52,895 nt of DNA. It comes from an uncultured Thermoplasmata archaeon (GTDB taxonomy: Archaea > Thermoplasmatota > Thermoplasmata > RBG-16-68-12). Where the stretch lies: NCBI GenBank assembly GCA_963768855.1, contig CAVYJM010000009.1:1-52895 (forward strand), read 5' to 3'. Under the pieces are notes generated by a model. It made no database searches and had not been told where the DNA came from. It saw only the letters and a list, made by a program, of their open reading frames with translations. Shown piece by piece: positions 8,497-17,974 of the stretch (positions are counted from its first letter, which is position 1; each line of letters starts with the position of its first letter). The position numbers and the translations under genes were made by a program.

Positions 8497-9972
8497 GTGC
8501 ACGTGGCGGCGGTCATTGCGGCAGGGACCTCGGCGGAGGCGGAACAGCAGGCCCGGGCCTCCCTGCGGCGGGGCGCGGACCTCGTGGAGTTCCGCATCGA
8601 TGCGCTCCGTCATCCGACCGAAGGAGACCTGAAGAAGCTCGCGAGCGCCCTCGGGCCGCGCGCGATCGCCACGCTGCGGTCTCCCAAACAGGGCGGATTC
8701 CGCGGCCTCGAGCGCGGCGCGCGGCACAACCTGCTCCGGGACGCCTGCCACCTTCCGTTCCGGTACGTCGACGTCGAGCTGACGACCGACGCGGAGTACC
8801 TCGGCGAGTATGCGAAGCTCGCGAAGAGCCGAGCGAAGGATCTCATCGTGTCCCATCACTTCGACGTCCCGACGGAGACGGAGCGCGTCGCCGAGATCCT
8901 GGACGCCTGCATCGCCCAAGGCCAGGTCGGGAAGGTCGCGACCCCCGCGGCATCCGTGGACGAGGCCATCGCCCTCGTGGACCTAGCCCGGCAGCGGTCC
9001 AAGGCGCGGTTCGTGCTCATCGGCATGGGCGACGCGGGGATGCTGACCCGGGCCCTCGCCGCGGATACGGGACAGGAGCTGCAGTACGCCTCCGGGAACC
9101 GGGCGACCTCGCCGGGCCAGCTGGGCCTGGAGGCCGCCCTGCGCATCCGCTCGAAGGATGCGTTCCTGCTCGGCCTCCTCGGCCACCCCCTTCTTCACTC
9201 CATCTCCCCCGCGATTCAGGAGGCCGCTCTGCGCGCCTCGGGTCTCAAGGGACTCTACCTCCCGTTCGACGTGCCCGCGTCCTCCGTCGAGACGTTCCTG
9301 CAGTCCGCCGAGGCCCTCCACCTGCGCGGCCTGAACGTCACGATCCCGTACAAGGAGACCGTCGCGGAACTCGTGGACGAGCTGGACGGCGACGCGGACG
9401 TCCTCGAGACGGTGAACACGGTCGTCCTCCACGAGGGCTGGGCGAAGGGCCACAACACGGACGTCTTCGGCTTCCGAATGTCCCTACGGTCGCTCGGGCT
9501 GCGACTCGGGGAGCGGCGCGTGCTCGTCGTGGGGGCGGGAGGCGCGGCGAAGGCGGTGGTCCATGTCCTCCTCCGCGAAGGTGCCCAGGTGGCCGTCGCG
9601 AACCGGACGCCCGCCCGCGCCGAGGCCCTCGCGGACTTCTTCGACGACTCTCTGGACGTCCTCACCCTGGAGGAACTGCCCCGCAAGGGTCCGTGGGACC
9701 TGCTCGTCAACGCGACCCCCGTGGGCACCGCGGGCATGGATGCGGGGCTCCCGGTCCCCGAGGAGGCCGTCGCCCGCACGGCCTACGTCTACGATCTCGT
9801 GTACAATCCCCCCGAGACGCCGCTCCTGGCCGCGGCCAAGCGGCGCAACATCCGCGGGACGAACGGACTCGAGATGCTCCTCCAGCAAGCCGCGAAGTCC
9901 TTCGAGCTCTGGACCGGGCAGTCCGCCTCGTACGAGGCGTTGAGGCGGGCGGCCAAGGAGGTGCCCGCGTGA
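8497..9972 (+). CDS. aroDE: Fused type I 3-dehydroquinate dehydratase / shikimate dehydrogenase
   Basis: N-terminal half: ADLVEFRID, TLRS..QGG, VDVEL, SHH, IGMG, PGQL. C-terminal half: GHPLLHSISP, NVTIPYKE, NTD, GAGGAAKA, NATPVG, DLVYNP, GLEMLLQQA. Confidence 0.9.
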   Translation: MHVAAVIAAGTSAEAEQQARASLRRGADLVEFRIDALRHPTEGDLKKLASALGPRAIATLRSPKQGGFRGLERGARHNLLRDACHLPFRYVDVELTTDAEYLGEYAKLAKSRAKDLIVSHHFDVPTETERVAEILDACIAQGQVGKVATPAASVDEAIALVDLARQRSKARFVLIGMGDAGMLTRALAADTGQELQYASGNRATSPGQLGLEAALRIRSKDAFLLGLLGHPLLHSISPAIQEAALRASGLKGLYLPFDVPASSVETFLQSAEALHLRGLNVTIPYKETVAELVDELDGDADVLETVNTVVLHEGWAKGHNTDVFGFRMSLRSLGLRLGERRVLVVGAGGAAKAVVHVLLREGAQVAVANRTPARAEALADFFDDSLDVLTLEELPRKGPWDLLVNATPVGTAGMDAGLPVPEEAVARTAYVYDLVYNPPETPLLAAAKRRNIRGTNGLEMLLQQAAKSFELWTGQSASYEALRRAAKEVPA

Positions 9973-10826
9973 AGGCCCAGGCCACCTGCTTCGGGGCGGG
10001 CACGATCGTGAACGCCATCGCGACGGGGCAGGGAGCCGCGTTCGGCCTCGCGTTCCGCGCGACCGCGGTCGCCGAGTCGATGCCTCGCAAGGAGGGCGTG
10101 CGGGTCCAGGTCGTCGGCAACGTCGACCCGACCCTCGCGATGGGCTGCGCCAAGCGCGTCATGAGACGGAGCCGCCGCAAGGCCAGCCTCCTCGTCCGCG
10201 TGGATTCGGAGATCCCCGTCTCCCGCGGTCTGAAGAGCAGCTCCGCGGTCGCGAACGCGGTCGTCCTGGCGTCCGCACGGGCCCTCGAGGTGGAGCTCGA
10301 ACCGCTCCAGATCGTGAACATCGGCGTCGACGCGGCGCTCGAGGCGAAGGTCACGGTCACGGGGGCCTTCGACGATGCCTGCGCCTCGTTCTTCGGCGGC
10401 ATCGTGGTCACGGACAACCGGGCGCGCAAGATCGTGAAGGTGGACCGGTTGCCGGAAGGCCTCATGGTGGTCGTCCAGATCCCCCGGAGGATCATCACGA
10501 AGCCGAGCCTCGCATCGAAGGACTTCTCCCCGATCCGCTCGAAGGTGGACGAGGCCTACCGCCTCGCCCTCCATGGAGAGTACTTCCGCGCGCTCGAGGT
10601 GAACAGCGCCGCGTACGCCCCCCTCCTCGACATCGATGAGGCGCCCGCGAGGCGGGCCCGCGCCGCGGGAGCGGTGGCCGCGGGGATCACCGGGGCGGGC
10701 CCCGCCATCCTGGCCCTCGCGAAGCCCGCCCACGTCGAGGACGTCGTGCAGGCGCTCCACGACGGCGAGTCGGAGGTGCGCGTCGCAAGCCTGAACACGC
10801 TCGAATCGCGGGAGGTGGTGATGTGA
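9969..10826 (+). CDS. aroK: Archaeal GHMP-family shikimate kinase
   Basis: GAGTIVNAIATGQGAAFG, SEIPVSRGLKSSSA, VTGAFDDACAS. GTGA overlap at 9969. Confidence 0.92.
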   Translation: MKAQATCFGAGTIVNAIATGQGAAFGLAFRATAVAESMPRKEGVRVQVVGNVDPTLAMGCAKRVMRRSRRKASLLVRVDSEIPVSRGLKSSSAVANAVVLASARALEVELEPLQIVNIGVDAALEAKVTVTGAFDDACASFFGGIVVTDNRARKIVKVDRLPEGLMVVVQIPRRIITKPSLASKDFSPIRSKVDEAYRLALHGEYFRALEVNSAAYAPLLDIDEAPARRARAAGAVAAGITGAGPAILALAKPAHVEDVVQALHDGESEVRVASLNTLESREVVM

Positions 10827-12094
10827 GGCTCCGCGTCCACCCATCGTCCGTCCACGGGACCGTGCGGGCCCCTCCTTCGAAGAGCTACACGCACCGCGCG
10901 TTCCTCCTGGCTGCCCTGTCCGGAGGTCCGTGCCGCGTGGACCGCCCGCTGCTCTCCGAGGACACGGAGGCCACCTTGGCGGGGCTCGAAGCTCTGGGTG
11001 CGACGGTGAGCCGGTCCCACGAAGTGATCCGAATCGCCTGCCCGCGGCTCCTGGTGCCCGCGAAGGCAATCGATGCCCGCAACTCCGGCACGACGCTTCG
11101 GCTGATGAGCGGCGTGGTCGCCCTCTTGGACGGGACTTCCGTGCTCACGGGCGATGCGAGCCTCCGGAAGAGGCCCATGGGCCCGCTCGTCGACGCGCTC
11201 AACGAGCTCGGTGCCCGCGCTCGCGCGCTCGGCGGCGAGGGCCGGCCGCCGGTCGAAGTGACGGGCCCGCTGCAGGGCGGTTCCGTGACCGTCCCCGGGT
11301 CCGTCAGTTCCCAGTTCCTCTCCAGCCTCCTGATCGCCTGCCCCCTCGCCCCGCACGACACGGAGGTGAGCGTGACGCCGCCGATCCTTTCGGAGCCCTA
11401 CGTCGACATCACACGGTCCATGATGCGCCGGTTCGGCGTGGACGTGGAGGGCGAGGGGACCCGTTTCCGAATCCCGGGCGGCCGGCGGTACGTGCCGACG
11501 GACTTCGCCGTCCCCGGGGATTTCTCCTCGGCAGCCTTCCCCCTGGTCGCAGCCGCGGTCGCCGGCGGCCCGGTGACCGTCGATGGCCTCGATCCGTCCA
11601 TGCCCCAGGGGGACCGCCGCATCGTGGAGCTCCTCGGCGGCTTCGGCGCCGACGTCGGGGCTGCGGGGGACGCCGTGCGCGCCGCGGCCCAGGCGATGCA
11701 CGCTCAGACGGTCGACCTGGGGGCGACGCCAGACCTCTTCCCCGTGCTCGCCGTCCTGGCGACCCAGGCCCGGGGCGAGTCGCACTTCGTGAACGGCGCG
11801 CACCTGCGGCTCAAGGAAAGTGACCGGATCGAATCGACCGTCGCGTTCCTGGAGGCCATGGGCGCCGACATCCAGGCCACGCCGGACGGCTGCGTGGTCC
11901 GCGGCCCGACGCGTCTGCGGGGCGCCACCGTGGACGCTCGGGGAGACCACCGCATCCTGATGGCCGCTGCTGTGGCGGGCCTCACCGCGGACCACGCCGT
12001 GGAGATCAGCGACGCGGAGTCCTTTCGGGTTTCCTATCCTGCTTTCCTCGACGACTTCCGTGCCCTCGGCGCGGACCTGGAGGTGATCCCCTGA
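10823..12094 (+). CDS. aroA: 3-phosphoshikimate 1-carboxyvinyltransferase (EPSP synthase)
   Basis: APPSKSYTHRA, NSGTTLR, GDASLRKRPM, SSQFLSSLL, LRLKESDRI, DHRILMA, SYPAF. Confidence 0.95.
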   Translation: MRLRVHPSSVHGTVRAPPSKSYTHRAFLLAALSGGPCRVDRPLLSEDTEATLAGLEALGATVSRSHEVIRIACPRLLVPAKAIDARNSGTTLRLMSGVVALLDGTSVLTGDASLRKRPMGPLVDALNELGARARALGGEGRPPVEVTGPLQGGSVTVPGSVSSQFLSSLLIACPLAPHDTEVSVTPPILSEPYVDITRSMMRRFGVDVEGEGTRFRIPGGRRYVPTDFAVPGDFSSAAFPLVAAAVAGGPVTVDGLDPSMPQGDRRIVELLGGFGADVGAAGDAVRAAAQAMHAQTVDLGATPDLFPVLAVLATQARGESHFVNGAHLRLKESDRIESTVAFLEAMGADIQATPDGCVVRGPTRLRGATVDARGDHRILMAAAVAGLTADHAVEISDAESFRVSYPAFLDDFRALGADLEVIP

Positions 12095-13164
12095 ACACGT
12101 TCGGCAGCCGCTACCGCACGCTGGTCTTCGGCACGAGCCACGGTCCGTTCGTGGGCTGCACGATCGAGGGCCTCCGCGCGGGCACGCCCATCGATGCGGC
12201 CTTCGTCCAGGCCCAGCTGGACCGTCGCCGCCCCGGGCAGAGTCTGATCACGAGCCAGCGGAAGGAGGAGGACCGCGTCGAGTTCGCCGAGGGGTTGCGG
12301 GACGGCGTCGCGACGGGCGAGCCCATCGTCGCGATCCTCCGCAACGAGGACGTGCAGTCTAAGGCCTACGCCGACGTCGCGCGCATCCCCCGTCCGGGCC
12401 ACGGGGACTTCACGGCCCGGATGAAGTATGGCGGCAAGAGCGATCTCCGTGGCGGGGGCCAGCTCTCCGGCCGCATGACGGCTCCTCTCGTCGTGTCCGG
12501 CGCGGTCGCGAGGCAGTTCCTCCTCCGGCAGGGCGTCCGTTTCTACGCGCACGCAGTCCAGATCGCATCGATCGTGAGCCGCCCCGTGACCCCGGAGGAG
12601 ATCGAGGCGAACGTCGACCGGACCCCGGTCCGGTGCGCAGACCTCGAGGCGGCGGACCGCATGATCGCGGAGATCGAGCGGGCCCGGCTGGACCGGGACA
12701 GCGTCGGCGGGATCATCGAGGCCACGATCGCCGGGCTCCCGGTCGGCGTGGGGGAGCCGTTCTTCGATTCCGTAGAGGCGTCCCTCGCCCACCTCCTCTT
12801 CTCCATCCCCGCGGTGAAGGGCGTCGACTTCGGCGCGGGCTTCCGCGCCGCCTCGATGCGCGGGAGCGAGCACAACGATCCCTTCGTCGTCCACGACGGC
12901 CACGTGTCCACGGAAACGAACCACGCGGGCGGAGTCCTCGGAGGCATCTCGGACGGCATGCCCGTCCGCTTCCGGGTCGTCGTGAAGCCGACTGCGTCGA
13001 TCGCGAAGCCCCAGCGCTCCGTGGACCTCGAGGCGATGGCGCCCGCCGAGGTCTCCGTCACGGGCCGCCATGATCCGTGCATCGTGCCGCGCGCGGTCCC
13101 GGTGGTCGAGAACGCCGCCGCGATGTCAATCCTCGATCTGATGTTCCAAGGAGGGTTCGTGTGA
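12091..13164 (+). CDS. aroC: Chorismate synthase; apparent CTG start
   Basis: NTFG...FGTSHG, DRRRPG, PRPGHGD, RGGGQLSGR, IPAVKG, GSEHND, GGISDG, KPTASI, GRHDPC. The conserved N-terminus begins at CTG 12091, overlapping the aroA TGA. Confidence 0.93.
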   Translation: MNTFGSRYRTLVFGTSHGPFVGCTIEGLRAGTPIDAAFVQAQLDRRRPGQSLITSQRKEEDRVEFAEGLRDGVATGEPIVAILRNEDVQSKAYADVARIPRPGHGDFTARMKYGGKSDLRGGGQLSGRMTAPLVVSGAVARQFLLRQGVRFYAHAVQIASIVSRPVTPEEIEANVDRTPVRCADLEAADRMIAEIERARLDRDSVGGIIEATIAGLPVGVGEPFFDSVEASLAHLLFSIPAVKGVDFGAGFRAASMRGSEHNDPFVVHDGHVSTETNHAGGVLGGISDGMPVRFRVVVKPTASIAKPQRSVDLEAMAPAEVSVTGRHDPCIVPRAVPVVENAAAMSILDLMFQGGFV

Positions 13165-14252
13165 GCGAGAAGGAGATTGCGCGCCTCCGCGACGAGGTGG
13201 CGTCCGTCGACCGGGAGATCGTAGCCCTCGTGGCCCGCCGGCTGCACCTCGCGGAGCAGATCGGGTTGGAGAAGAAAGTCGCCGGGCTGCCCCTGCGCCA
13301 CGGCGACGTGGAGGAGCAGGTGCACGTCCGCCTCCTGCGGGAATGCGGCGTCCGCGGGATCAGCGAGGCCTTCGCGGGCTCGCTGGCCCAGGCGCTCATC
13401 GAGGAGAGCGTGCAGCGCCAGGAAGCGCTCCGCCTTCCTGAGCCCGTGCCCCGGCGCGTCCTCGTCGTCGGCGGCGCCGGACAGATGGGGGGCTGGCTCT
13501 GCCGCTACTTCCAGTCCCGCGGCTACGAGGTCGTCGTGAACGATCTCGCGGGGCCTCTGGAAGGCTTCCCCTTCGAGCCGGATCTGGCAAAGGCCGCGTT
13601 GGAGGCCGACGTGACCGTCGTGAGCGTCCCCATGTCCGCGGCTTCCCACGTCCTGGAGCGCCTCGCGGGTCTCCGGCCGAAGGGCCTCGTGTTCGACATC
13701 TGCAGCATCAAGGCCCCGGTCGAGAAGCAGCTGCGCGCGATGGGCGCATCGGGCCTTCGCGTCGCGAGCGTCCATCCGATGTTCGGGCCGAGCCTGTGGC
13801 CCCTCTCCAGCGGGACGATCCTCTACAGCGATTGCGGGAACGGTGTGGCCGTCCTCGACGCAAAGGAGCTCTTCCGGGCCAGCGGCGCGGCCGCGGTCGA
13901 CGTGTCCCTGGACCATCATGACGAGCTGATGGCCTTCCTCCTCGGCGTCAGCCATCTCACCCTGCTTGTCTTCGCCCGCGCGGTCGCCGGGAGCCCGTTC
14001 GACGTGGCGGGACTCCGAAGGCCGGCGGGGACCACGTTCTCTCGTCTCTCCGCTGCGGCCGCGGGCCTCCTCGAAGACCCACCCGAGCTCCTGCGGGACA
14101 TCCAGGCTCTGAACCCCCACACGCCCGCGGTCCACCGGCGGCTCCGCGAGGCCCTGGACGAGTGGGAGCGCGCTTCGCACGATTCCGATGCGAAGGAATT
14201 TGCCACGATGATTCAACAGGCCCGCGCCTACTTGGGAGGCCTCAAGCCATGA
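13161..14252 (+). CDS. tyrA: Chorismate mutase / prephenate dehydrogenase fusion
   Basis: AroQ-like N-terminus LRDEVASVDREIVALVARRL..QIGLEK. PDH motifs VGGAGQMG, DICSIK, HPMFGP, HDELMA...SH. Confidence 0.88.
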   Translation: MSEKEIARLRDEVASVDREIVALVARRLHLAEQIGLEKKVAGLPLRHGDVEEQVHVRLLRECGVRGISEAFAGSLAQALIEESVQRQEALRLPEPVPRRVLVVGGAGQMGGWLCRYFQSRGYEVVVNDLAGPLEGFPFEPDLAKAALEADVTVVSVPMSAASHVLERLAGLRPKGLVFDICSIKAPVEKQLRAMGASGLRVASVHPMFGPSLWPLSSGTILYSDCGNGVAVLDAKELFRASGAAAVDVSLDHHDELMAFLLGVSHLTLLVFARAVAGSPFDVAGLRRPAGTTFSRLSAAAAGLLEDPPELLRDIQALNPHTPAVHRRLREALDEWERASHDSDAKEFATMIQQARAYLGGLKP

Positions 14253-15313
14253 CCCGCATCCCCGTGGCCGTCCTCGGCGCGACTGGGAACATCGGCCAGC
14301 GGTTCGTCAGCCTGCTCCAGGACCACCCCACCTTCGAGCCGACCGTGCTCTGCTCGAGCGACCGCAAGGTCGGAGGCCGGCTCGGCGACCACTGGCGCCT
14401 CGACGACGTCGTCCTCGATCCCGACGTGGCCGCGACGGAGCTCCAGCCCCTCGATTCCCAGGTGCTCGTGCGGTCCGGCATCGTGGCGGCGTTCAGCGCC
14501 CTGCCCACGGAGGTGGCCGGGGACCTCGAGGCGGAGGCCGCCCGCCACGGGATCAAGGTCTTCTCCAACGCCTCCTCGCACCGCATGGAGGCGGACGTGC
14601 CGCTGCTCGTCCCCGAGGTGAACCCCGACCATGTGGCGCTTGTCGAGCGCCAGCGCACCTACCGGGAGGGCGGCTTCCTCACCACGAACCCGAACTGCTC
14701 GATCACCGGGCTCGCGCTTGCGCTCAAACCGCTCGCGGATGGGTTCGACTTCTCCGAGGTCCACGTGTCCACGTACCAGGCCCTATCGGGCGCGGGCTAC
14801 CCGGGTGTGCCATCCCTCGACATCGTCGCCAACGTGGTCCCCTTCATCGAGAACGAGGAGGAGAAGATGCGCCAGGAGGCGAAGAAGATCCTCGGCGCTT
14901 GGTCGGGCGGCGTCGTCCCGAGTCCGATTGACGTGTGGGCGAACTGCGTCCGCGTCGCGGTGCGGGAGGGCCATCTCGAGGCCGTGTCAATCCCCCTGAA
15001 GGAGTCGGTCGATCCCGAAGAGGTCGTCCGGGTCCTCGCCTCGTTCCGCGGCGAGCCGCAACGGCGGAAGCTCCCGACCGCCCCGAAGCAGCCGATCCTC
15101 GTCCGGTCCGAGAAGAACCGGCCGCAGCCCCTGCTCGACGCGAACGCCGGGGAGCCGGAACGGGCCCGGGGCATGGCCGCGACCGTCGGCCGCATCCGCG
15201 TGACGGGCCGCAACCTGCGCTTCTTCGTCCTGTCCCACAACACCCTGCGGGGCGGCGCGGGCGGGAGCATCCTGAACGCGGAGCTGGCGCACCGGAGGGG
15301 CTACCTTGCCTGA
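14249..15313 (+). CDS. asd: Aspartate-semialdehyde dehydrogenase
   Basis: VLGATGNIGQRF, FSALP, SNASSHRM..DVPLLVPEVN, TNPNCS, YQALSGAG, CVRV...GH, HNTLRGGAGG. Confidence 0.95.
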   Translation: MTRIPVAVLGATGNIGQRFVSLLQDHPTFEPTVLCSSDRKVGGRLGDHWRLDDVVLDPDVAATELQPLDSQVLVRSGIVAAFSALPTEVAGDLEAEAARHGIKVFSNASSHRMEADVPLLVPEVNPDHVALVERQRTYREGGFLTTNPNCSITGLALALKPLADGFDFSEVHVSTYQALSGAGYPGVPSLDIVANVVPFIENEEEKMRQEAKKILGAWSGGVVPSPIDVWANCVRVAVREGHLEAVSIPLKESVDPEEVVRVLASFRGEPQRRKLPTAPKQPILVRSEKNRPQPLLDANAGEPERARGMAATVGRIRVTGRNLRFFVLSHNTLRGGAGGSILNAELAHRRGYLA

Positions 15314-16736
15314 GACGGGGAAGGTGTCCAAGTTCGGCGGCGCGTGCGTGAGCAAGCCCGAGATGTACGACCGCGTGGCGAAGATCCTCGCCTCCGACGC
15401 GGGCCGGCGCTTCGTCGTCGTGTCGGCCGTGGCCGGCGTGACGGACTCCCTGGTCCAGACCGTGTCGAGGCCCCGCGAGGAGAAGGAGCTCGACCTGTAC
15501 ATCGCCGACCTGAAGCGGCGGCACCTCGGCCTCCTGCCGGAGAAATCCGGTGATTCCGATCGCACCGTCGAGGCGATCGAGGCCCTCGGCACGAAGCTCG
15601 AGCGCCTCCTGTACGGGATCGCGTACACGGAGGAGATCACCCCGCGGATCCGTGACTTCGTCCTCTCCTTCGGGGAGCGCCTGTCGGCGCAGGTCGTCGC
15701 CGCGAACCTGCGCGCGCGGGACCTCGATGCGGAGGCGTTCGAGGCCGATCAGATCGGCCTGATGACCGACGAGAACTACGGCAACGCTACCGCACTGCTC
15801 GAGGACACGAGGGCCCACCTGGCCCCGGTGCTGCGGCGCCAGGCGGACGCGGGGCACACGTCCGTCATCACGGGATTCTTCGGCCTGTCGCCCGAGGGCA
15901 AGACGGCCACGTTCGGCCGCAGCGGCTCCGATTACAGCGCCGCCGTGGTGGCCCACGCGCTCCAGCTTCAGACGGTCGAGATCTGGAAGGATGTCGGGGG
16001 CTTCATGAGCGCGGACCCGAAGATCGTCCAGGAGGCCTTCCCGCTCTCTGTCCTCTCGTACGACGAGGCGGCGGAGCTCTCCTACTTCGGGGCCAAGGTG
16101 CTCCACCCGCGGGCGGTCCTGCCGGCACGGGCCTGCGGGGCCTCCCTCTACCTGAAGAACGTGTATCGCCCTGAGGACGCGGGCACGCGAATCGGACCCG
16201 ACACGGTGGACAAGAGCGGGGACGTGAAGAGCGTCTCCTACGTCCGCGACCTCGCGACCCTCAAGGTGTACGCGACGGGCCTCGGCTCCGACGAGGTCCT
16301 CCTCTCCCGCAGCTCGACCGCGCTGGCGAACACGGGTGTGAACATCTACAGCGCCGCGACCTCGCAGACCTGCGTCGCCTTCCTGATCGAGTCCGATGCG
16401 GTGAACCGCGCGAAGAAGGCCCTGTCCCACCTGGCCGGCCTCAACCTCGACAAGGTGGAAGCCTCTCCGCATGCTTCCCTAATCTGCTTCGTCGGCGAAG
16501 GGATCGGGAATTCCCACGGCGTCGCAGCTCGGGTGTTCCGCGCGGTCGCGGACCACGGGATCAACGTGCAGTTCATCACGGCGGGCGCGTCGATGGTGGC
16601 GTACCAGTTCACCGTGGAAACGAAGGACCTCGAGGACGCGGTGCGCGCGGTGCATCGAGAATTCTTCGGGTCCGGGGGCAAGCACCCCGGCTCGCCGCCT
16701 TCGGCGGTTCCGCCGGCTTCGTCTCCTGCGTCCTAG
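15306..16736 (+). CDS. lysC: Aspartate kinase with ACT domains
   Basis: VSKFGGACV, VVSAVAGVTD, SFGERLSA, GRSGSDYSAA, WKDVGG.MSADP, SYFGAKVLHP, two C-terminal ACT repeats. Confidence 0.92.
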   Translation: MPETGKVSKFGGACVSKPEMYDRVAKILASDAGRRFVVVSAVAGVTDSLVQTVSRPREEKELDLYIADLKRRHLGLLPEKSGDSDRTVEAIEALGTKLERLLYGIAYTEEITPRIRDFVLSFGERLSAQVVAANLRARDLDAEAFEADQIGLMTDENYGNATALLEDTRAHLAPVLRRQADAGHTSVITGFFGLSPEGKTATFGRSGSDYSAAVVAHALQLQTVEIWKDVGGFMSADPKIVQEAFPLSVLSYDEAAELSYFGAKVLHPRAVLPARACGASLYLKNVYRPEDAGTRIGPDTVDKSGDVKSVSYVRDLATLKVYATGLGSDEVLLSRSSTALANTGVNIYSAATSQTCVAFLIESDAVNRAKKALSHLAGLNLDKVEASPHASLICFVGEGIGNSHGVAARVFRAVADHGINVQFITAGASMVAYQFTVETKDLEDAVRAVHREFFGSGGKHPGSPPSAVPPASSPAS

Positions 16737-17185
16737 TCCGTGACCGCCGAGGTGATCTCGATCTCCTCGGCCAGCTCCGCGGCCGCGGCGAGGCTCCCCC
16801 AGCGTCCGATCGCCTTGACGATGTCGTAGCTGCTCAGGACGCCAACGACCTCGCGGCCATTGAAGACCGCCAGGTGCCTCAGGTTCGCGCGCCTCATCAG
16901 TCGGGCCGCGTAGGCGACCGGCACACCGGGCGTGACGGTGACCAGGGGCGCGCTCGCCACCTCCCCCACCAGACTGGTGCCCGGATCGCGTCCCTCGGCG
17001 AGGGCGTCGACCACGTCGCTCGACGTGATGATGCCGAACGGCTCCTCTCGTCCCTCGGGGCGGACGATCAGGCTGTTCACCTTCGCGTCGGCCATGCGCT
17101 TGGCGGCGGCCTGGAGCGTGGCGTCCTCCGAGATCTCGAAGACCTCCGTGGACATCGCGTCCCGGACCTTCACGTATCGGGCCAT
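16733..17185 (-). CDS. CBS-domain pair protein
   Basis: KVRDAMS...GIITSSDVV...APLVTV...RHLAV..G.EVVGVLSSYDI. Convergent with lysC (4-nt overlap). Confidence 0.85.
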   Translation of the reverse strand: MARYVKVRDAMSTEVFEISEDATLQAAAKRMADAKVNSLIVRPEGREEPFGIITSSDVVDALAEGRDPGTSLVGEVASAPLVTVTPGVPVAYAARLMRRANLRHLAVFNGREVVGVLSSYDIVKAIGRWGSLAAAAELAEEIEITSAVTD

Positions 17186-17301
17186 TGTCCCGCAGAGGTG
17201 TTTCTGAAGGGAAATCCCCTCGGTGCGTACAATACGTTCTGGCGGTAATCCGCGTTCCCCGGGCCGGCGGGCAGGAGCAATGGTTATGCCACAGCCGCCC
17301 C

Positions 17302-17865
17302 ATGGATTACAGGGTTCCCAATCGCATGCGACAGACTCTGACGATCATCGTGGCCCTGGGGATTATCGCCCTCTTCGTGCTGGTGAACGTGAAGGTACCC
17401 CCTACCGCGTCGCCGATTCGGGTCGGAGCCCTCCCGCTCGGGCCGGGCTTCGTTACGTTGCCCAACGACGGAACCTACATCGCGCCGTGCTGGGGCGGCA
17501 CCCTGCCCATGTGGTGGGCCGTCTTCGTCTATCAGTCGAATCGATCGAACGCCACGTTCCATCTCTCGGGCGCCTGGAAGGCGAGCCGCCCGACCGACGT
17601 GGCTTTCGGTTTCTCGGGGAACCTCACCTCGATGGACGACCTCCGGAACTGGATGCCGGTTGCACATTGCAACCCCATGCTCCCCAGCCATCCCCCGCCG
17701 GGGCCCATGCCCACACCGACCCCACCTCTCCTTCCTCTCTCGGGGTCCGTGGACTATGACATCACGACCCAACCTTTCGCGACCCTCTTTGTGCTGACCC
17801 TGCATTCGTTCGCCGGCGGAGATGTCGTCGAGGTCACGCAGCCGTTCGCCGTGACCTTGGTCTAG
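17302..17865 (+). CDS. Hypothetical membrane-anchored extracellular protein
   Basis: Single N-terminal hydrophobic segment TLTIIVALGIIALFVLVNV, then an aromatic/beta-rich domain with a Pro-rich insert. Start may be 17326. Confidence 0.55.
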   Translation: MDYRVPNRMRQTLTIIVALGIIALFVLVNVKVPPTASPIRVGALPLGPGFVTLPNDGTYIAPCWGGTLPMWWAVFVYQSNRSNATFHLSGAWKASRPTDVAFGFSGNLTSMDDLRNWMPVAHCNPMLPSHPPPGPMPTPTPPLLPLSGSVDYDITTQPFATLFVLTLHSFAGGDVVEVTQPFAVTLV

Positions 17866-17974
17866 TCCGATCCGACCGCCTCGTTGGCGAAGACGCATGC
17901 CCGCGCGGGTCTATCACGGCCGATAACCGCCGCAGAAGGGATTAAGCCTCAGAAGCCGACCCCATGCCGGGCCC

